Origin: Opitutales bacterium
GTDB taxonomy: Bacteria > Verrucomicrobiota > Verrucomicrobiia > Opitutales > PNEW01
Length of the DNA stretch: 32,000 nucleotides
Direction of reading: 5' to 3'
NCBI GenBank assembly: GCA_965219535.1
Contig: CBDCNV010000002.1
Span: 1,890,001-1,922,000, forward strand
Shown: positions 17,235 to 26,843 of the stretch, one piece after another
Numbering within the stretch: position 1 is the stretch's first letter
How the letters are laid out: each line of letters starts with the position of its first letter
Translations under genes and position numbers: made by a program
Notes under the pieces: model-generated
Told to the model about the DNA's origin: nothing
Database searches by the model: none
The model's input: only the letters and a program-made list of their open reading frames with translations

Positions 17235-18692
17235 ATGGAATATGAAGCGGTAATTGGCCTCGAAGTTCACGTCCAGTTGAATACAGAGTCAAAAATGTTT
17301 ACCCGCGTTGCCTATAATTATGCGGCGCCTCCTAATTCCTTGACTAACCCGGTGGTAATGGGATTGCCAGGAACGCTGCCTGTTATGAATAAAGGGGCGA
17401 TTGAAAAGACTATTATCGTCGGCTTGATGTTTAGCTGTGAGATAGCCGAGATCAGTAAATGGGACCGAAAGAACTATTTTTATCCCGACATGCCGAAGAA
17501 TTACCAGATTTCACAATACGATCAACCGCTGTGTATAGGAGGAGAAGTGGAGATTGAATTACCCGGCTCTTCGCGAAATATTATGGGCATACATCGCATT
17601 GTTAAACTTACGCGAATACACTTGGAAGAAGATACTGGTAAATCAACTCACCACGCATTAGATAGTACCTTAGATTTCAATCGATCAGGAGCACCTCTCA
17701 TCGAAATAGTGTCGGAACCTGATATGCACAGTGCAGAGGAAGCCTATGCCTATTTAACTGCTTTGCGCACCAATTTGATGTATGTCGATATCTCGGATTG
17801 TGACATGGAAAAAGGCCAGATGCGCTGCGATGTAAATATCAGTGTTCGTGAGGTTGGGGCAACTGAACTTGGAGCTAAAGTTGAGTTAAAAAATCTTAAT
17901 ACTATTTCCGGCGTTCGCAACGGCATAGAATTTGAAATTGAACGTCAGATCAAAGCCCTGAAAAATAATGAAAAAATTGTGCAAGAGACACGCCTTTGGA
18001 ACGCAGAACGTGGATTAACAGCATCGATGCGCTCGAAGGAGGAAGCTCATGATTATCGCTATTTTCCGGATCCCGATCTCATGCCCGTAAAAATCGAAAA
18101 GGAGATGATTGAACGCCTGCGCAGCCACCTGCCTGAATTACCTTTTGATAAACAACGCCGTTTTTTAGCAGACTATGATCTGCCATTTACGATTACATCA
18201 GTCATTTGCCCTGATAAACCATTAAGCGATTTTTTTGAGGCAGCGGTGGCACTTTATAATAAACCAAAACCGATCGCCAATCTAATCGCCAACGACTTAC
18301 TGCGTGAACTTTCAGCGGCGGGGACAGAGGGAACACTCCCTCTAAGCGAATGCAAAATTGGTCCAAAACATATTGCCAGCCTTGCGAGGATGGTAGATGA
18401 AGGGTTGATTTCCAAGCAAATTGCTCAAGATGTTTTTATTGATATATTTTCAACTGGAGATGAACCGGAAAAGGTGGTTGAAGAAAAGGGTCTTAAACAA
18501 TCAAGTAACACTGCTGAACTGGAGGATATGTGCAGAGAAATAATAGCTGACAACCCCAAGCCCGTCGAAGAATTTAAGGCCGGTAAAGAGAATGCCATCA
18601 ATGCCTTAAAGGGTCGGGTGATGAAGGCTACGCGTGGAAAAGCAAATCCTAAGATCGTTGATGAAATATTGCGAAAATTAATGACGCAATAG
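17235..18692 (+). CDS. gatB: Asp/Glu-tRNA amidotransferase subunit B
   Basis: 485 aa with the N-terminus MEYEAVIGLEVHVQL, DRKNYFYPD, a GatB/YqeY C-terminal tail and KGRVMKATRGKANPK. Confidence 0.95.
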   Translation: MEYEAVIGLEVHVQLNTESKMFTRVAYNYAAPPNSLTNPVVMGLPGTLPVMNKGAIEKTIIVGLMFSCEIAEISKWDRKNYFYPDMPKNYQISQYDQPLCIGGEVEIELPGSSRNIMGIHRIVKLTRIHLEEDTGKSTHHALDSTLDFNRSGAPLIEIVSEPDMHSAEEAYAYLTALRTNLMYVDISDCDMEKGQMRCDVNISVREVGATELGAKVELKNLNTISGVRNGIEFEIERQIKALKNNEKIVQETRLWNAERGLTASMRSKEEAHDYRYFPDPDLMPVKIEKEMIERLRSHLPELPFDKQRRFLADYDLPFTITSVICPDKPLSDFFEAAVALYNKPKPIANLIANDLLRELSAAGTEGTLPLSECKIGPKHIASLARMVDEGLISKQIAQDVFIDIFSTGDEPEKVVEEKGLKQSSNTAELEDMCREIIADNPKPVEEFKAGKENAINALKGRVMKATRGKANPKIVDEILRKLMTQ

Positions 18693-18760
18693 AACTAATT
18701 TGATGATCTTTATTCTTTTAACTTTTTTGAATTAGGTTATCTTCAGAAGAAAAGAATTAA

Positions 18761-19033
18761 ATGGGCATGATAATACCTAGAAATCTTGGAACCTTTACCC
18801 TCTTCTTGGGTATATTTGCATGGATATTGCTAACCCTTTCCATACTCTTCGGACGCGGGGATCCCAGTGCCTGGGTAATAGCATCAATTGCTGCGGCAGC
18901 TTCTTTTGCTTTTGTGGGTGCCCTTACCGGTCTGGTTGCTTTAGCCCGCTATCCGGATAAAATTCACAATTGGTTTGGCCTGCTCTTATGTCTCGCCTGG
19001 CTCGGCTATTTTACGGGAAAAATTATCCTTTGA
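18761..19033 (+). CDS. Hypothetical small membrane protein (about 3 TM helices)
   Basis: 90-aa ORF made almost entirely of hydrophobic helices (FTLFLGIFAWILLTLSILF, VIASIAAAASFAFVGALTGLVALA, FGLLLCLAWLGYF). I recognise no family, and coding status rests on ORF length and TM pattern only. Confidence 0.4.
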   Translation: MGMIIPRNLGTFTLFLGIFAWILLTLSILFGRGDPSAWVIASIAAAASFAFVGALTGLVALARYPDKIHNWFGLLLCLAWLGYFTGKIIL

Positions 19034-19083
19034 CGGGATAGAGAGGATCTTAAATTCCATGGGCCTTTTTATTTAACCTGAGC

Positions 19084-20595
19084 TCAAGTTTGAGGCTCAA
19101 GATATAAAGGTAAATAGCGCTCTTTTAAATAAGTGATCAAGCACTTTGGTGAGAGGTCTTCACCCGATACCATTTTTGTTAAAGTAAGCGTATCGTATTG
19201 TTTACCATAACGGTGGACTTTTTTTCTCAACCAATTAAGCAACTTGGAAAAATCACCCATCCGAAAATCTTTTTCAAGGTCGGGCAGCTCCTTAAGCGCG
19301 GCATACCAAAATTGGGCGGCTAACATATTGCCAAGACAATAGCTGGGGAAATAGCCGAAACTGCCGGATGACCAATGGATATCCTGTAGCACACCTTCAG
19401 AATCATTTTTTGGTTTCAACCCGATAAAATCCATCGATAATCGATTCCATTCTGAAGGTAAATCTTCCACCTTAAGCTCGCCGGCGATCAATCTTTTTTC
19501 CAATTCAAATCTCAGGATAATATGCAGATTATAAGTAACTTCGTCTGAATTTACCCGAATGGGATTCAAGGCTACTTCATTAACCGCGAGATAAAATTGT
19601 TTATCTGATATTCCAGCTAGTTGTTGGGTAAATAGAGAACGGTATTTCGCTTCCCAGTAGTTCCAAAACGCTTTGCTTCGGCCCACTTGATTTTCCCAAA
19701 GACGACTTTGCGACTCGTGCACCGCCATCCCGACAGCTTCTCCCAGCGCTGTGCCGAGGTGTTCCAGCGGCAAGCCCTGTTCATATAATCCATGTCCTGT
19801 TTCGTGAATAGAGCTATATAGTGAATCTAACGGGTTATTGGTATCATAGCGGGTAGTCATACGTGTATCGCTGCCATCACCCCCGCAAAATGGATGAAGA
19901 GCCCTGTCAATTCGGCCTCGATTATAATCAAAACCAATCGCGGCTGTCACTTCGCGTAGAAAAGACTCCTGCAAGTTTACGGGAAAGCCCTTAAATATGG
20001 AAGTGTCCGCTTTAATCGAGGAATCGAGAATATTCCTTACCAAAGGGATAAGATCCTTTTTGAGCTTATCAAATAGGTCATTAATGATCTCTGTATTTAG
20101 GGCGGGATCATGTTTATCGATATGAAAGTCATAGGCGTTTTTACGGTCGTAGCCAAGATATCGAGCTTCCTCTATGGAACATTCTATTTGTTGTTTTAAA
20201 AGAGGCGCAAAGAGAGAGAAATTGTTTTTTGCGCGTGCATCAGCCCAGGCGTGATAGGCCTGACTATCGAGAGCGGTTTTACGGGCCACAAATTCAGCTG
20301 GTAATTTAACCGCGCGATCGTAGTTGCGTCGAACTTCCCGTAATACCGCCAACTCTTGATCGCTCAATTCATTAGTTAAACTTTCCAAAATGTCCATCCA
20401 TTCACCAATCTGAGGTTGAGTGAATTCGCGATGAACAATATCTGCTAATACCGCACTTTGTTGAGCACGCCGTTCAGCACTTCCTTTGGGCAAATTTACT
20501 TGCTCGTCCCAACCAAGCAGACCTAAAGAACTGTTTAAGTAATGCAGGCGTTTTAATTCAGCTACGAGTTTTTTATAGGTCGAATTATCAGTCAC
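19084..20595 (-). CDS. Carboxypeptidase M32 (Taq-type thermostable carboxypeptidase 1 family)
   Basis: 503 aa with the HEXXH site IHETGHGLYEQG. The M32 motifs HESQSRLWEN, DIHWS and GYFPSY are also present. Confidence 0.9.
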   Translation of the reverse strand: MTDNSTYKKLVAELKRLHYLNSSLGLLGWDEQVNLPKGSAERRAQQSAVLADIVHREFTQPQIGEWMDILESLTNELSDQELAVLREVRRNYDRAVKLPAEFVARKTALDSQAYHAWADARAKNNFSLFAPLLKQQIECSIEEARYLGYDRKNAYDFHIDKHDPALNTEIINDLFDKLKKDLIPLVRNILDSSIKADTSIFKGFPVNLQESFLREVTAAIGFDYNRGRIDRALHPFCGGDGSDTRMTTRYDTNNPLDSLYSSIHETGHGLYEQGLPLEHLGTALGEAVGMAVHESQSRLWENQVGRSKAFWNYWEAKYRSLFTQQLAGISDKQFYLAVNEVALNPIRVNSDEVTYNLHIILRFELEKRLIAGELKVEDLPSEWNRLSMDFIGLKPKNDSEGVLQDIHWSSGSFGYFPSYCLGNMLAAQFWYAALKELPDLEKDFRMGDFSKLLNWLRKKVHRYGKQYDTLTLTKMVSGEDLSPKCLITYLKERYLPLYLEPQT

Positions 20596-20624
20596 CGTCT
20601 GGATGATTTAAATATTAAATGTAA

Positions 20625-21377
20625 CTATTCCCATATTTTACCAATTTCTTCTGCCAGAACCCATCCGGATTCTCCCTGAGCAGTTTTTAAAAAAAAGAAT
20701 TTTTGATGGGTGCGTTCCATCGACGCCAGTTCTCCCGCCTGGAGATAGGCGTTGGATGGACTAATATCTGTGGGTGCAACCCTCAGGGTCGTATCATTGT
20801 TGAGGATAACGACTTCATTATTTTTATTATGATAGCCGTAAAGTGCTACTACGGTGCATAAACTCAGTATTAAAGATAACAGCATCCCCCCGTAGGTAAA
20901 TAGGTTACCGCCACCGAATAGACGGGGCAGGGTAATAAGGGCTATAACGGCCCAGAAACTGACTGCGCCTATCCAGGACCAGGTAGTTAATGAGAGGGCT
21001 TGAGCCAATCTTGAAACCCAACTGTATTCGGGAAGAGCTAAATCTGAATTTTCTCTTACGAATTTCAAGTTCGCTTGGGCTTCGGGATATCCCGAATTTA
21101 GCGCGAGCGCTTTTTCATAATGAAGAATGGCTTTCCCCACTTCATCAATTTGGTACCACGCGTTACCGATATTAAAATGGAGTGCCGCGGATTGCGACAA
21201 TTGCAAACATTTTTCATAATGAATTATAGCTATTTCATATTCACCGAGGCTATATTTCTCGTTGCCCTGATTAAAAAGAAAATCGATTTCAGCGCCAAAA
21301 ATAAAATTATGCGGCCAGATCATTATTATGATAAAGCATATCCATGCGATGTGTATCATGCTTTTTTGTAATTTCAT
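20625..21377 (-). CDS. BatE-like TPR, TM and SH3b-domain protein
   Basis: 250 aa. TPR repeats are followed by two or three TM helices and a C-terminal SH3-like segment (TLRVAPTDISPSNAYLQAGE...GESGWVLAEEIGKIW). Its start overlaps the BatD stop by 4 bp. Confidence 0.55.
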   Translation of the reverse strand: MKLQKSMIHIAWICFIIIMIWPHNFIFGAEIDFLFNQGNEKYSLGEYEIAIIHYEKCLQLSQSAALHFNIGNAWYQIDEVGKAILHYEKALALNSGYPEAQANLKFVRENSDLALPEYSWVSRLAQALSLTTWSWIGAVSFWAVIALITLPRLFGGGNLFTYGGMLLSLILSLCTVVALYGYHNKNNEVVILNNDTTLRVAPTDISPSNAYLQAGELASMERTHQKFFFLKTAQGESGWVLAEEIGKIWE

Positions 21378-23203
21378 CCCAGGGACTCAATATCGTTCAG
21401 AAGCTTAATCAAAGTCTTTTCCCATTTTGATAGCGGTTCTGATTCTGAAATACCGTCGGCAAACTTAATCGCGTCAGCGGCATTAAAGAACTGTCGAATG
21501 TTATGGTGCAACTCATCTGTGGCTTTGTGTTCAGTTAAATAGCCTTCGATTTCAGCGAGGATGAGTGACTCCGAACGGCGGGGAAAATGCCGTCCTACGC
21601 ATTCTTGAATAGCCCGTTGCGCACTTTCAAAGAAGGCGGAATTATCATTTCTTGAAGCAGCTTTTCTTGCTTTAGTTAACCATTTACGAACAGATTTACT
21701 GCCACTTATTCTGCGGGCAAAAATTTCATCGTGTTGGAATCGAAGTTGCCGTCGGCGTATCAGCGCAACAATACTAATCAAGACAATAGGTAGAATTTGG
21801 CTCGCGATGTAAACCGGGTTTTTAAATACAGGAGTGATGTCGTTAATCCATTTACCAGGTAATAACTGAATGGGCAACAGTGTTGGCGGTAATTCCACTT
21901 CTTCAGTATCTTCTGTTTGTCCCGCGATTAACGCAGAGGTTGAAACTGAGCTTTGAGTTATAGCGGGTAGCACTTTTATAGGTGTTGTTTTAGTACTTAA
22001 ATCTATATATTCACCCGTTTCTGGATCAAAAAAATTGAAAGCAATCGACGGGATGGTGGTCACTTTTTCTGATTGAGGAATGATGATGTATTCAAATGAT
22101 TTTGTCCCACGATAGCCGATATCATCTGTAGGAGTAAATTCAGTTTTAGGTGGATAGAGTTTAAAGTTTTCTGTCTCCGTTAATACAGGTGCCGCAATGC
22201 GATCGAAGTTCCCTTCACCGTTCGCATTCAGTGTCAATGTTATGGGTTCGCCAGCTTCTACCGTAGTCGTTGATACGTCGGTCTTAAGATTAAACACTCC
22301 AATTGCTCCGGAGTAGTTATCCGGTTTACCCTCTATTGGTAGATCCAGAACATCTAAGGGAATGTCTCCGGAAAATAAAGTGATGTTTTCAAAGTTACCG
22401 CGATTAAACAATGAATCCGTGTTAAAAAAGGAGTCATTGAACAGGGTATCAAAAGGGCTTTTGCGACTGCGCTTGTTAGGCAGGATTACCGCTAATTCGA
22501 TTTTATAACTTAGAACTTCTTCTCCCGCTTTAAGTGCGGTGAGTGTAAGCGGCCAACTGAATAGGCGATATATTTGCTCGTCTATGGTCTCTTGTGCGCT
22601 ATGAGGTTCCTTTCTTAATTCACTTTGTGTGAAAGCGTCACCAGTCTTTTCAGGGTAGGCGCGCATGCGCGCCTGGATGTCCCTTCGAAGGTATAATTTC
22701 AAATGACAAGGAATGCTTTCTCCGACATAAAAATTATCTTTTGGTATATCCAGTTTCAAAAACATTGATTTTTCAAATTCTTTACCCTGTGGCACCACCT
22801 GTAATTTTGCTGCGGGAACATTATAATTGCGCCCTTTTATATTAACCTGCCAGGCTTCGAGAGTGAATTCTCCCTCCCGCTCTGCTTGAACGTTAAAGGA
22901 GTAGGTAATGCTTGTCGTTCGCTTTCCCTGAATGAATTTGAACTCGCTGGAGACGGATGAATTATTGGAGATTTTTAAACCATCTACGCTGCGCAGTTTC
23001 CCTCTGATCGTTTCCTGTGAAACATCCTGGGTGCCATAAACGGTTATTACGTAACTGGATGACTGCCCTAAATGAATGACAGGTGGATTGAATTGGCTAT
23101 AGACGACGGCATTTTGAGCCAATAAGGGAGGACTCCAGATACTGACCGTTAAGGTAAGGATTAAGCTGATTAATTTCAGGAAATTTGGAGTACGTTTCAT
23201 CAC
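21374..23203 (-). CDS. batD: BatD-like oxygen-tolerance family protein
   Basis: 609 aa with a signal peptide, a large beta-rich ectodomain, a single late TM helix (IASQILPIVLISIVALI) and a cytosolic helical tail. Architecture and position after BatB match BatD. Confidence 0.6.
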   Translation of the reverse strand: MMKRTPNFLKLISLILTLTVSIWSPPLLAQNAVVYSQFNPPVIHLGQSSSYVITVYGTQDVSQETIRGKLRSVDGLKISNNSSVSSEFKFIQGKRTTSITYSFNVQAEREGEFTLEAWQVNIKGRNYNVPAAKLQVVPQGKEFEKSMFLKLDIPKDNFYVGESIPCHLKLYLRRDIQARMRAYPEKTGDAFTQSELRKEPHSAQETIDEQIYRLFSWPLTLTALKAGEEVLSYKIELAVILPNKRSRKSPFDTLFNDSFFNTDSLFNRGNFENITLFSGDIPLDVLDLPIEGKPDNYSGAIGVFNLKTDVSTTTVEAGEPITLTLNANGEGNFDRIAAPVLTETENFKLYPPKTEFTPTDDIGYRGTKSFEYIIIPQSEKVTTIPSIAFNFFDPETGEYIDLSTKTTPIKVLPAITQSSVSTSALIAGQTEDTEEVELPPTLLPIQLLPGKWINDITPVFKNPVYIASQILPIVLISIVALIRRRQLRFQHDEIFARRISGSKSVRKWLTKARKAASRNDNSAFFESAQRAIQECVGRHFPRRSESLILAEIEGYLTEHKATDELHHNIRQFFNAADAIKFADGISESEPLSKWEKTLIKLLNDIESLG

Positions 23204-25065
23204 CAGTCCTTTAACATTCCCTCTGATCCCATTAATGGGTCCTCCGCTTTTTCAAGGTTAGCCGCCGGTAATTTTTTTTCACCGTCCTTTAAAGTGTCAA
23301 GGAGCTGGCGCGCTTCTTCACGCGTCATTTTACCAGGAACTCGCTGGTCTTGTGATGACTCCTGCTGTTGCTCATTCTCAGGATCTTTTTGCGGGCTTTG
23401 ATTTTGACTATCATCTTCTGGCTCTTGTGCCTGAGGTTCAGGTTTACTTTCCGCGTTCTGGTTTTGCTGTTGATCTTGATTCTGGGAGTTATCGTTTTGA
23501 TCGCTTTGTTGAGCTGCAGATGAATTTTGTTGGTTTTGGTCCTGTTCCTGATTATCTTCTTCTTGCTGCTGTTGCTGCTCTTGTTGTTGACTCATCAACT
23601 CTTGAAGGCGTTTTTTTAAAAATTCATAGTTAAATTTTGCATCTTCATCTTCGCTATCGAGATTGAGGGCGTTTTCATAATTTTTTAGCCCTCGATTCCA
23701 AAATTTAATCGTTTCTTCAGGATTTGTTTGTAACAGTTCTTCACCCATGCGATAATGCGTATTGCCAAGATTATAAAATGCATTTTGTTGTAATTTCAGA
23801 TCATCGGTTGCCAGCGCTTTTTTAATTGCGGTATTGGCTTCATTATAATCGGAAGATCGGAAAAGGCTGGCGCCCAGGTTATAATATAGCCTTGAATCTT
23901 CAGGTTTTTCCTCAATCGCTTCCTGGTATTGTTTTCCTGCTTTTTCAAATTCACCTTTTTTGTAAAGCCTTTCTGCTTTTTGAGGAGAGCCTTCTACCGA
24001 TGTTGAGGATAAAAATACCAATATCAATATAGCCGATCCGATAAATGATAGAGGGCTGCGTTTGTTCCTGTTCCGCCTGGTTCCCAGGAGTCCATCTAAA
24101 TAGAAGGCGACTAAGGCTAGCACCAGTGGCCATTGAAAGCGTTCCATGGGGATTTTATTTAAGCGGGCTTCACGTTCCTGTTTAGGAATGCTCTGCAATC
24201 CCTTTTCATAGACATTTTCCAATCCTTGACCCGTATGCCCAAGGGGCACGTAAAAAGCATTTGTTTCCTTTGCTATTTCCATCAGTGTTACCGTATCTAA
24301 TCTGGTTTTTACTACATTACCCTCTTGGTCACGTAAGTATTCAACTTCACCATTTGCCTGTCTTATGGGAATGAGTTCACCCGTTGCGCTACCCACGCCG
24401 ACGGTATATATTTTAACCCCCTCTTCACTCACTTTGCGAGCCAGTGAAATACCGCTACGATGTAGATCTTCGCCATCAGTGATTAGGACAAGAATCTTTT
24501 CGTTATCATCATGAACAAAGGAAGCAGAAGCTTCAGTTATCGCCGATGCAATGTTTGTTCCACCAACGGGAATAATTGAGGTGTCGATAATTTCAAGTGT
24601 TTGGTTGAAAGCATCGTAATCGAGCGTGAGCGGACACTGCAAAAATGCCTGGCCAGAAAATGCAATAAGACCCACGCGATCACCCTCCAGTTTGTCAACG
24701 AGATCGAAAATAGCTAATTTTGCGCGTCCGAGGCGATTGGGTTTTATGTCTTCAGCAAGCATGCTTTTTGAAGTATCGAGGGCAATTAGAATATCAATGC
24801 CACGGCCCTTGCTCTCCTGCCATTGATGACCCCATTGCGGTCGCGCCATGGCAATCAATACAAGCAAAACACCAGTAATGGTTAAAAACACTTTTATGTT
24901 GCGTTTGCTGCTACTGTAAGACTCGGCTAAATTAGAAAGTAAGTTCGAGGCGGCAAATTGTGATAGCATCTGACGCTTCTTGGTCTCAGAGCGATAAAAG
25001 AAGATAACCAGCACCGGCAAAGCCAAGAGCAATGTGAAAAGCCAGAGTTGAGATGCGAAGGTCAT
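23200..25065 (-). CDS. batB: BatB-like VWA-domain membrane protein fused to a BatC-like TPR and acidic/Gln-rich tail
   Basis: The VWA domain has the MIDAS motif DILIALDTSKSM. TM helices, TPR repeats and then a Q/N/D/E-rich tail follow. I place the start at ATG 25063-25065, giving an ATGA overlap with the batA stop, not at 25140 as in the ORF track. Confidence 0.8.
   Translation of the reverse strand: MTFASQLWLFTLLLALPVLVIFFYRSETKKRQMLSQFAASNLLSNLAESYSSSKRNIKVFLTITGVLLVLIAMARPQWGHQWQESKGRGIDILIALDTSKSMLAEDIKPNRLGRAKLAIFDLVDKLEGDRVGLIAFSGQAFLQCPLTLDYDAFNQTLEIIDTSIIPVGGTNIASAITEASASFVHDDNEKILVLITDGEDLHRSGISLARKVSEEGVKIYTVGVGSATGELIPIRQANGEVEYLRDQEGNVVKTRLDTVTLMEIAKETNAFYVPLGHTGQGLENVYEKGLQSIPKQEREARLNKIPMERFQWPLVLALVAFYLDGLLGTRRNRNKRSPLSFIGSAILILVFLSSTSVEGSPQKAERLYKKGEFEKAGKQYQEAIEEKPEDSRLYYNLGASLFRSSDYNEANTAIKKALATDDLKLQQNAFYNLGNTHYRMGEELLQTNPEETIKFWNRGLKNYENALNLDSEDEDAKFNYEFLKKRLQELMSQQQEQQQQQEEDNQEQDQNQQNSSAAQQSDQNDNSQNQDQQQNQNAESKPEPQAQEPEDDSQNQSPQKDPENEQQQESSQDQRVPGKMTREEARQLLDTLKDGEKKLPAANLEKAEDPLMGSEGMLKDW
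23344..23592 (-). repeat. Low-complexity Gln/Asn/Asp/Glu-rich coding tract in the BatB/C fusion
   Basis: 83 residues: SQQQEQQQQQEEDNQEQDQNQQNSSAAQQSDQNDNSQNQDQQQNQNAESKPEPQAQEPEDDSQNQSPQKDPENEQQQESSQDQ. The DNA is CAA/CAG/GAN-rich but is not a perfect tandem repeat. Confidence 0.85.
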
Positions 25066-26087
25066 GGTAATCGACGATATCGGGTGTTGCTTAATAACTG
25101 TTCGAGTCCAAGAAGAGAGAGGAAAATCAGCGCGGGCCACATGAATATATCTTTGAAACTAGCGCGGTATTTCAATTTCACGGCTGTCTTTTCAAGTTGA
25201 TCTATTTCTTCGTAAATAGACTTGAGCGACTGCGTGTCCGTTGCGCGGAAAAAACGAGCATTCGTTTTATCAGCGACGTTTTGTAGGGTCTCGATATCCA
25301 CATCCGACTCTGCGCGTGCGAGAACCAGGTTGCCCCTTCGGTCACGTATCGGTTGGCCATAGCGATTGAATTGCGGCATCGGCACGAGACCTTCCCGACC
25401 GGCGCCAATAGTATAGACTTTAATGTTAAAGGCCGCAGCAGCTTCTGCGGCCGCAACAGGGGTCACTTTACCTCGGTTATTAGCTCCATCTGTTAAGAGA
25501 ATGACGATGCGGCTTTTAGCAGCTTGTGCACGAAGCCGATTTACACTAATACCTATAGCACTGCCGATCGCAGTCCCATCCTCAATTAAACCAATCTTTA
25601 AACGCTCTAGATTCTTTAGGAGCCAGCCGTGATTAAGTGTTAGGGGACTTACCATATAAGGTTCCCCCGCGAAGGCAATGATGCCTATACGGTCATTGGG
25701 GCGCTTTTTAATAAATTCTTCCATGACTTGCTTAACGACGGTTAAGCGATCTCTGGGTTTATTCTTAATTTCAAAATCGTGAGCCCACATCGAAGAAGAG
25801 AGATCGACGGTTAAAACAATATCGATGCCGCTAGCTTCAATTTCGGAAGTTCCGCTCCCAAGTTGTGGACGGGCGATTGCGATTATAAGTGTGGTCAGTG
25901 CGAGCAGTCTCAGGGACGCCAGAAATCGTCCAGGTCGGCTGCGCACTAACATCGCGATCTGCCGTGCCAGTGAAGTGGTTGAAAAACGCACGGCCGCTGT
26001 GCTGCCTTCGCGTCCTCTTAAGAATGATATCAGAGGAACGAGCAGCAGAAGCCAAAGTAGTTCAGGTGATTCAAATCTAAAAATCAT
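25062..26087 (-). CDS. batA: BatA-like VWA-domain membrane protein
   Basis: 341 aa with the N-terminal FRFESPELLWLLLLVPL TM motif, VWA MIDAS DIVLTVDLSSSM and a C-terminal TM helix. Confidence 0.85.
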   Translation of the reverse strand: MIFRFESPELLWLLLLVPLISFLRGREGSTAAVRFSTTSLARQIAMLVRSRPGRFLASLRLLALTTLIIAIARPQLGSGTSEIEASGIDIVLTVDLSSSMWAHDFEIKNKPRDRLTVVKQVMEEFIKKRPNDRIGIIAFAGEPYMVSPLTLNHGWLLKNLERLKIGLIEDGTAIGSAIGISVNRLRAQAAKSRIVILLTDGANNRGKVTPVAAAEAAAAFNIKVYTIGAGREGLVPMPQFNRYGQPIRDRRGNLVLARAESDVDIETLQNVADKTNARFFRATDTQSLKSIYEEIDQLEKTAVKLKYRASFKDIFMWPALIFLSLLGLEQLLSNTRYRRLP

Positions 26088-26105
26088 GAGAGCAATTCAA
26101 TATTA

Positions 26106-26843
26106 TTAAGAAGCGTTACTCATGTGAGTTGCCGTATCCTGTCCGAGCATAGCTGCCTGCATATGGCTTTTTACATAAGATTCTTCAATGAAATTCTCAG
26201 CCTTATCATATAACTCTTTCATCTGTCCTGAACCGAGAGGCTGATCGGCGAATTTAACGAGATCACAGAGCTGGAGAAATCCTGAAAGAAGCTCTTCAAG
26301 TGATTCTTTGATCAAATCATGTCCCGAGATTTCAGTGAGAAATTCTTCAGTTGTGCGTTCCGGGGCAGGCATGGCAAATTGTCCTTCCAGGTAATTGCGT
26401 AAAACATTGGATACCGCTATTGAAAATGCTTTATCCTGTCCGGCATCCATCAAAAAACGTGTATTTTTCAAGTCTTTTAAGGCCCGATCATAGGGCGTGA
26501 GTTTTATTGCTTCTTCCTTTATTATTTTCCTACGTTTTAACCATTTAAAGATAAAAAATAAGATTAAATGGAAGGCTATTACACCTCCTAGTATAATGAC
26601 GTAAGGCAACCAAGGATAGGGAATTCTTACCAGACTGTGAATGTCACGAATATCGTCTGCTTCTTCTGGAGCGACTATGTCATTGGCAGATTGGTTAGCC
26701 GGTTGAAGTGACAGCTCATTTGAATTATCATCCAGGTCCTGCTGGGCTAAGCTATCTAGAGAAGTAAAATGAATACATAGCCATGCACTGAAAGCAGTGA
26801 TCGAAACTGTTAACCATTTGCGGCTGTGATTACTATTATTCAT
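26106..26843 (-). CDS. DUF4381-like membrane protein of the MoxR/Bat operon
   Basis: 245 aa with a signal-like N-terminus, one TM helix (WLPYVIILGGVIAFHLILFFIF) followed by KWLKRRK, and a helical cytosolic domain. It sits between DUF58 and BatA, and its start overlaps the DUF58 stop (ATGA). Confidence 0.55.
   Translation of the reverse strand: MNNSNHSRKWLTVSITAFSAWLCIHFTSLDSLAQQDLDDNSNELSLQPANQSANDIVAPEEADDIRDIHSLVRIPYPWLPYVIILGGVIAFHLILFFIFKWLKRRKIIKEEAIKLTPYDRALKDLKNTRFLMDAGQDKAFSIAVSNVLRNYLEGQFAMPAPERTTEEFLTEISGHDLIKESLEELLSGFLQLCDLVKFADQPLGSGQMKELYDKAENFIEESYVKSHMQAAMLGQDTATHMSNAS

Noticed and set aside
19034-19083. Bidirectional terminator between the convergent small membrane ORF and the M32 gene
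   Set aside because: I found only weak, bulged pairings (for example GAGCTCAA/TTGAGGCTC overlapping the M32 stop) and no proper stem plus U-tract.
25066-25140. 25-codon N-terminal extension of the BatB ORF as listed in the track
   Set aside because: It would overlap batA by 79 bp. The internal ATG at 25063-25065 gives an ATGA stop/start overlap. It also gives an N-terminus (MTFASQLWLFTLLLALPVLV) that parallels the BatA N-terminus.
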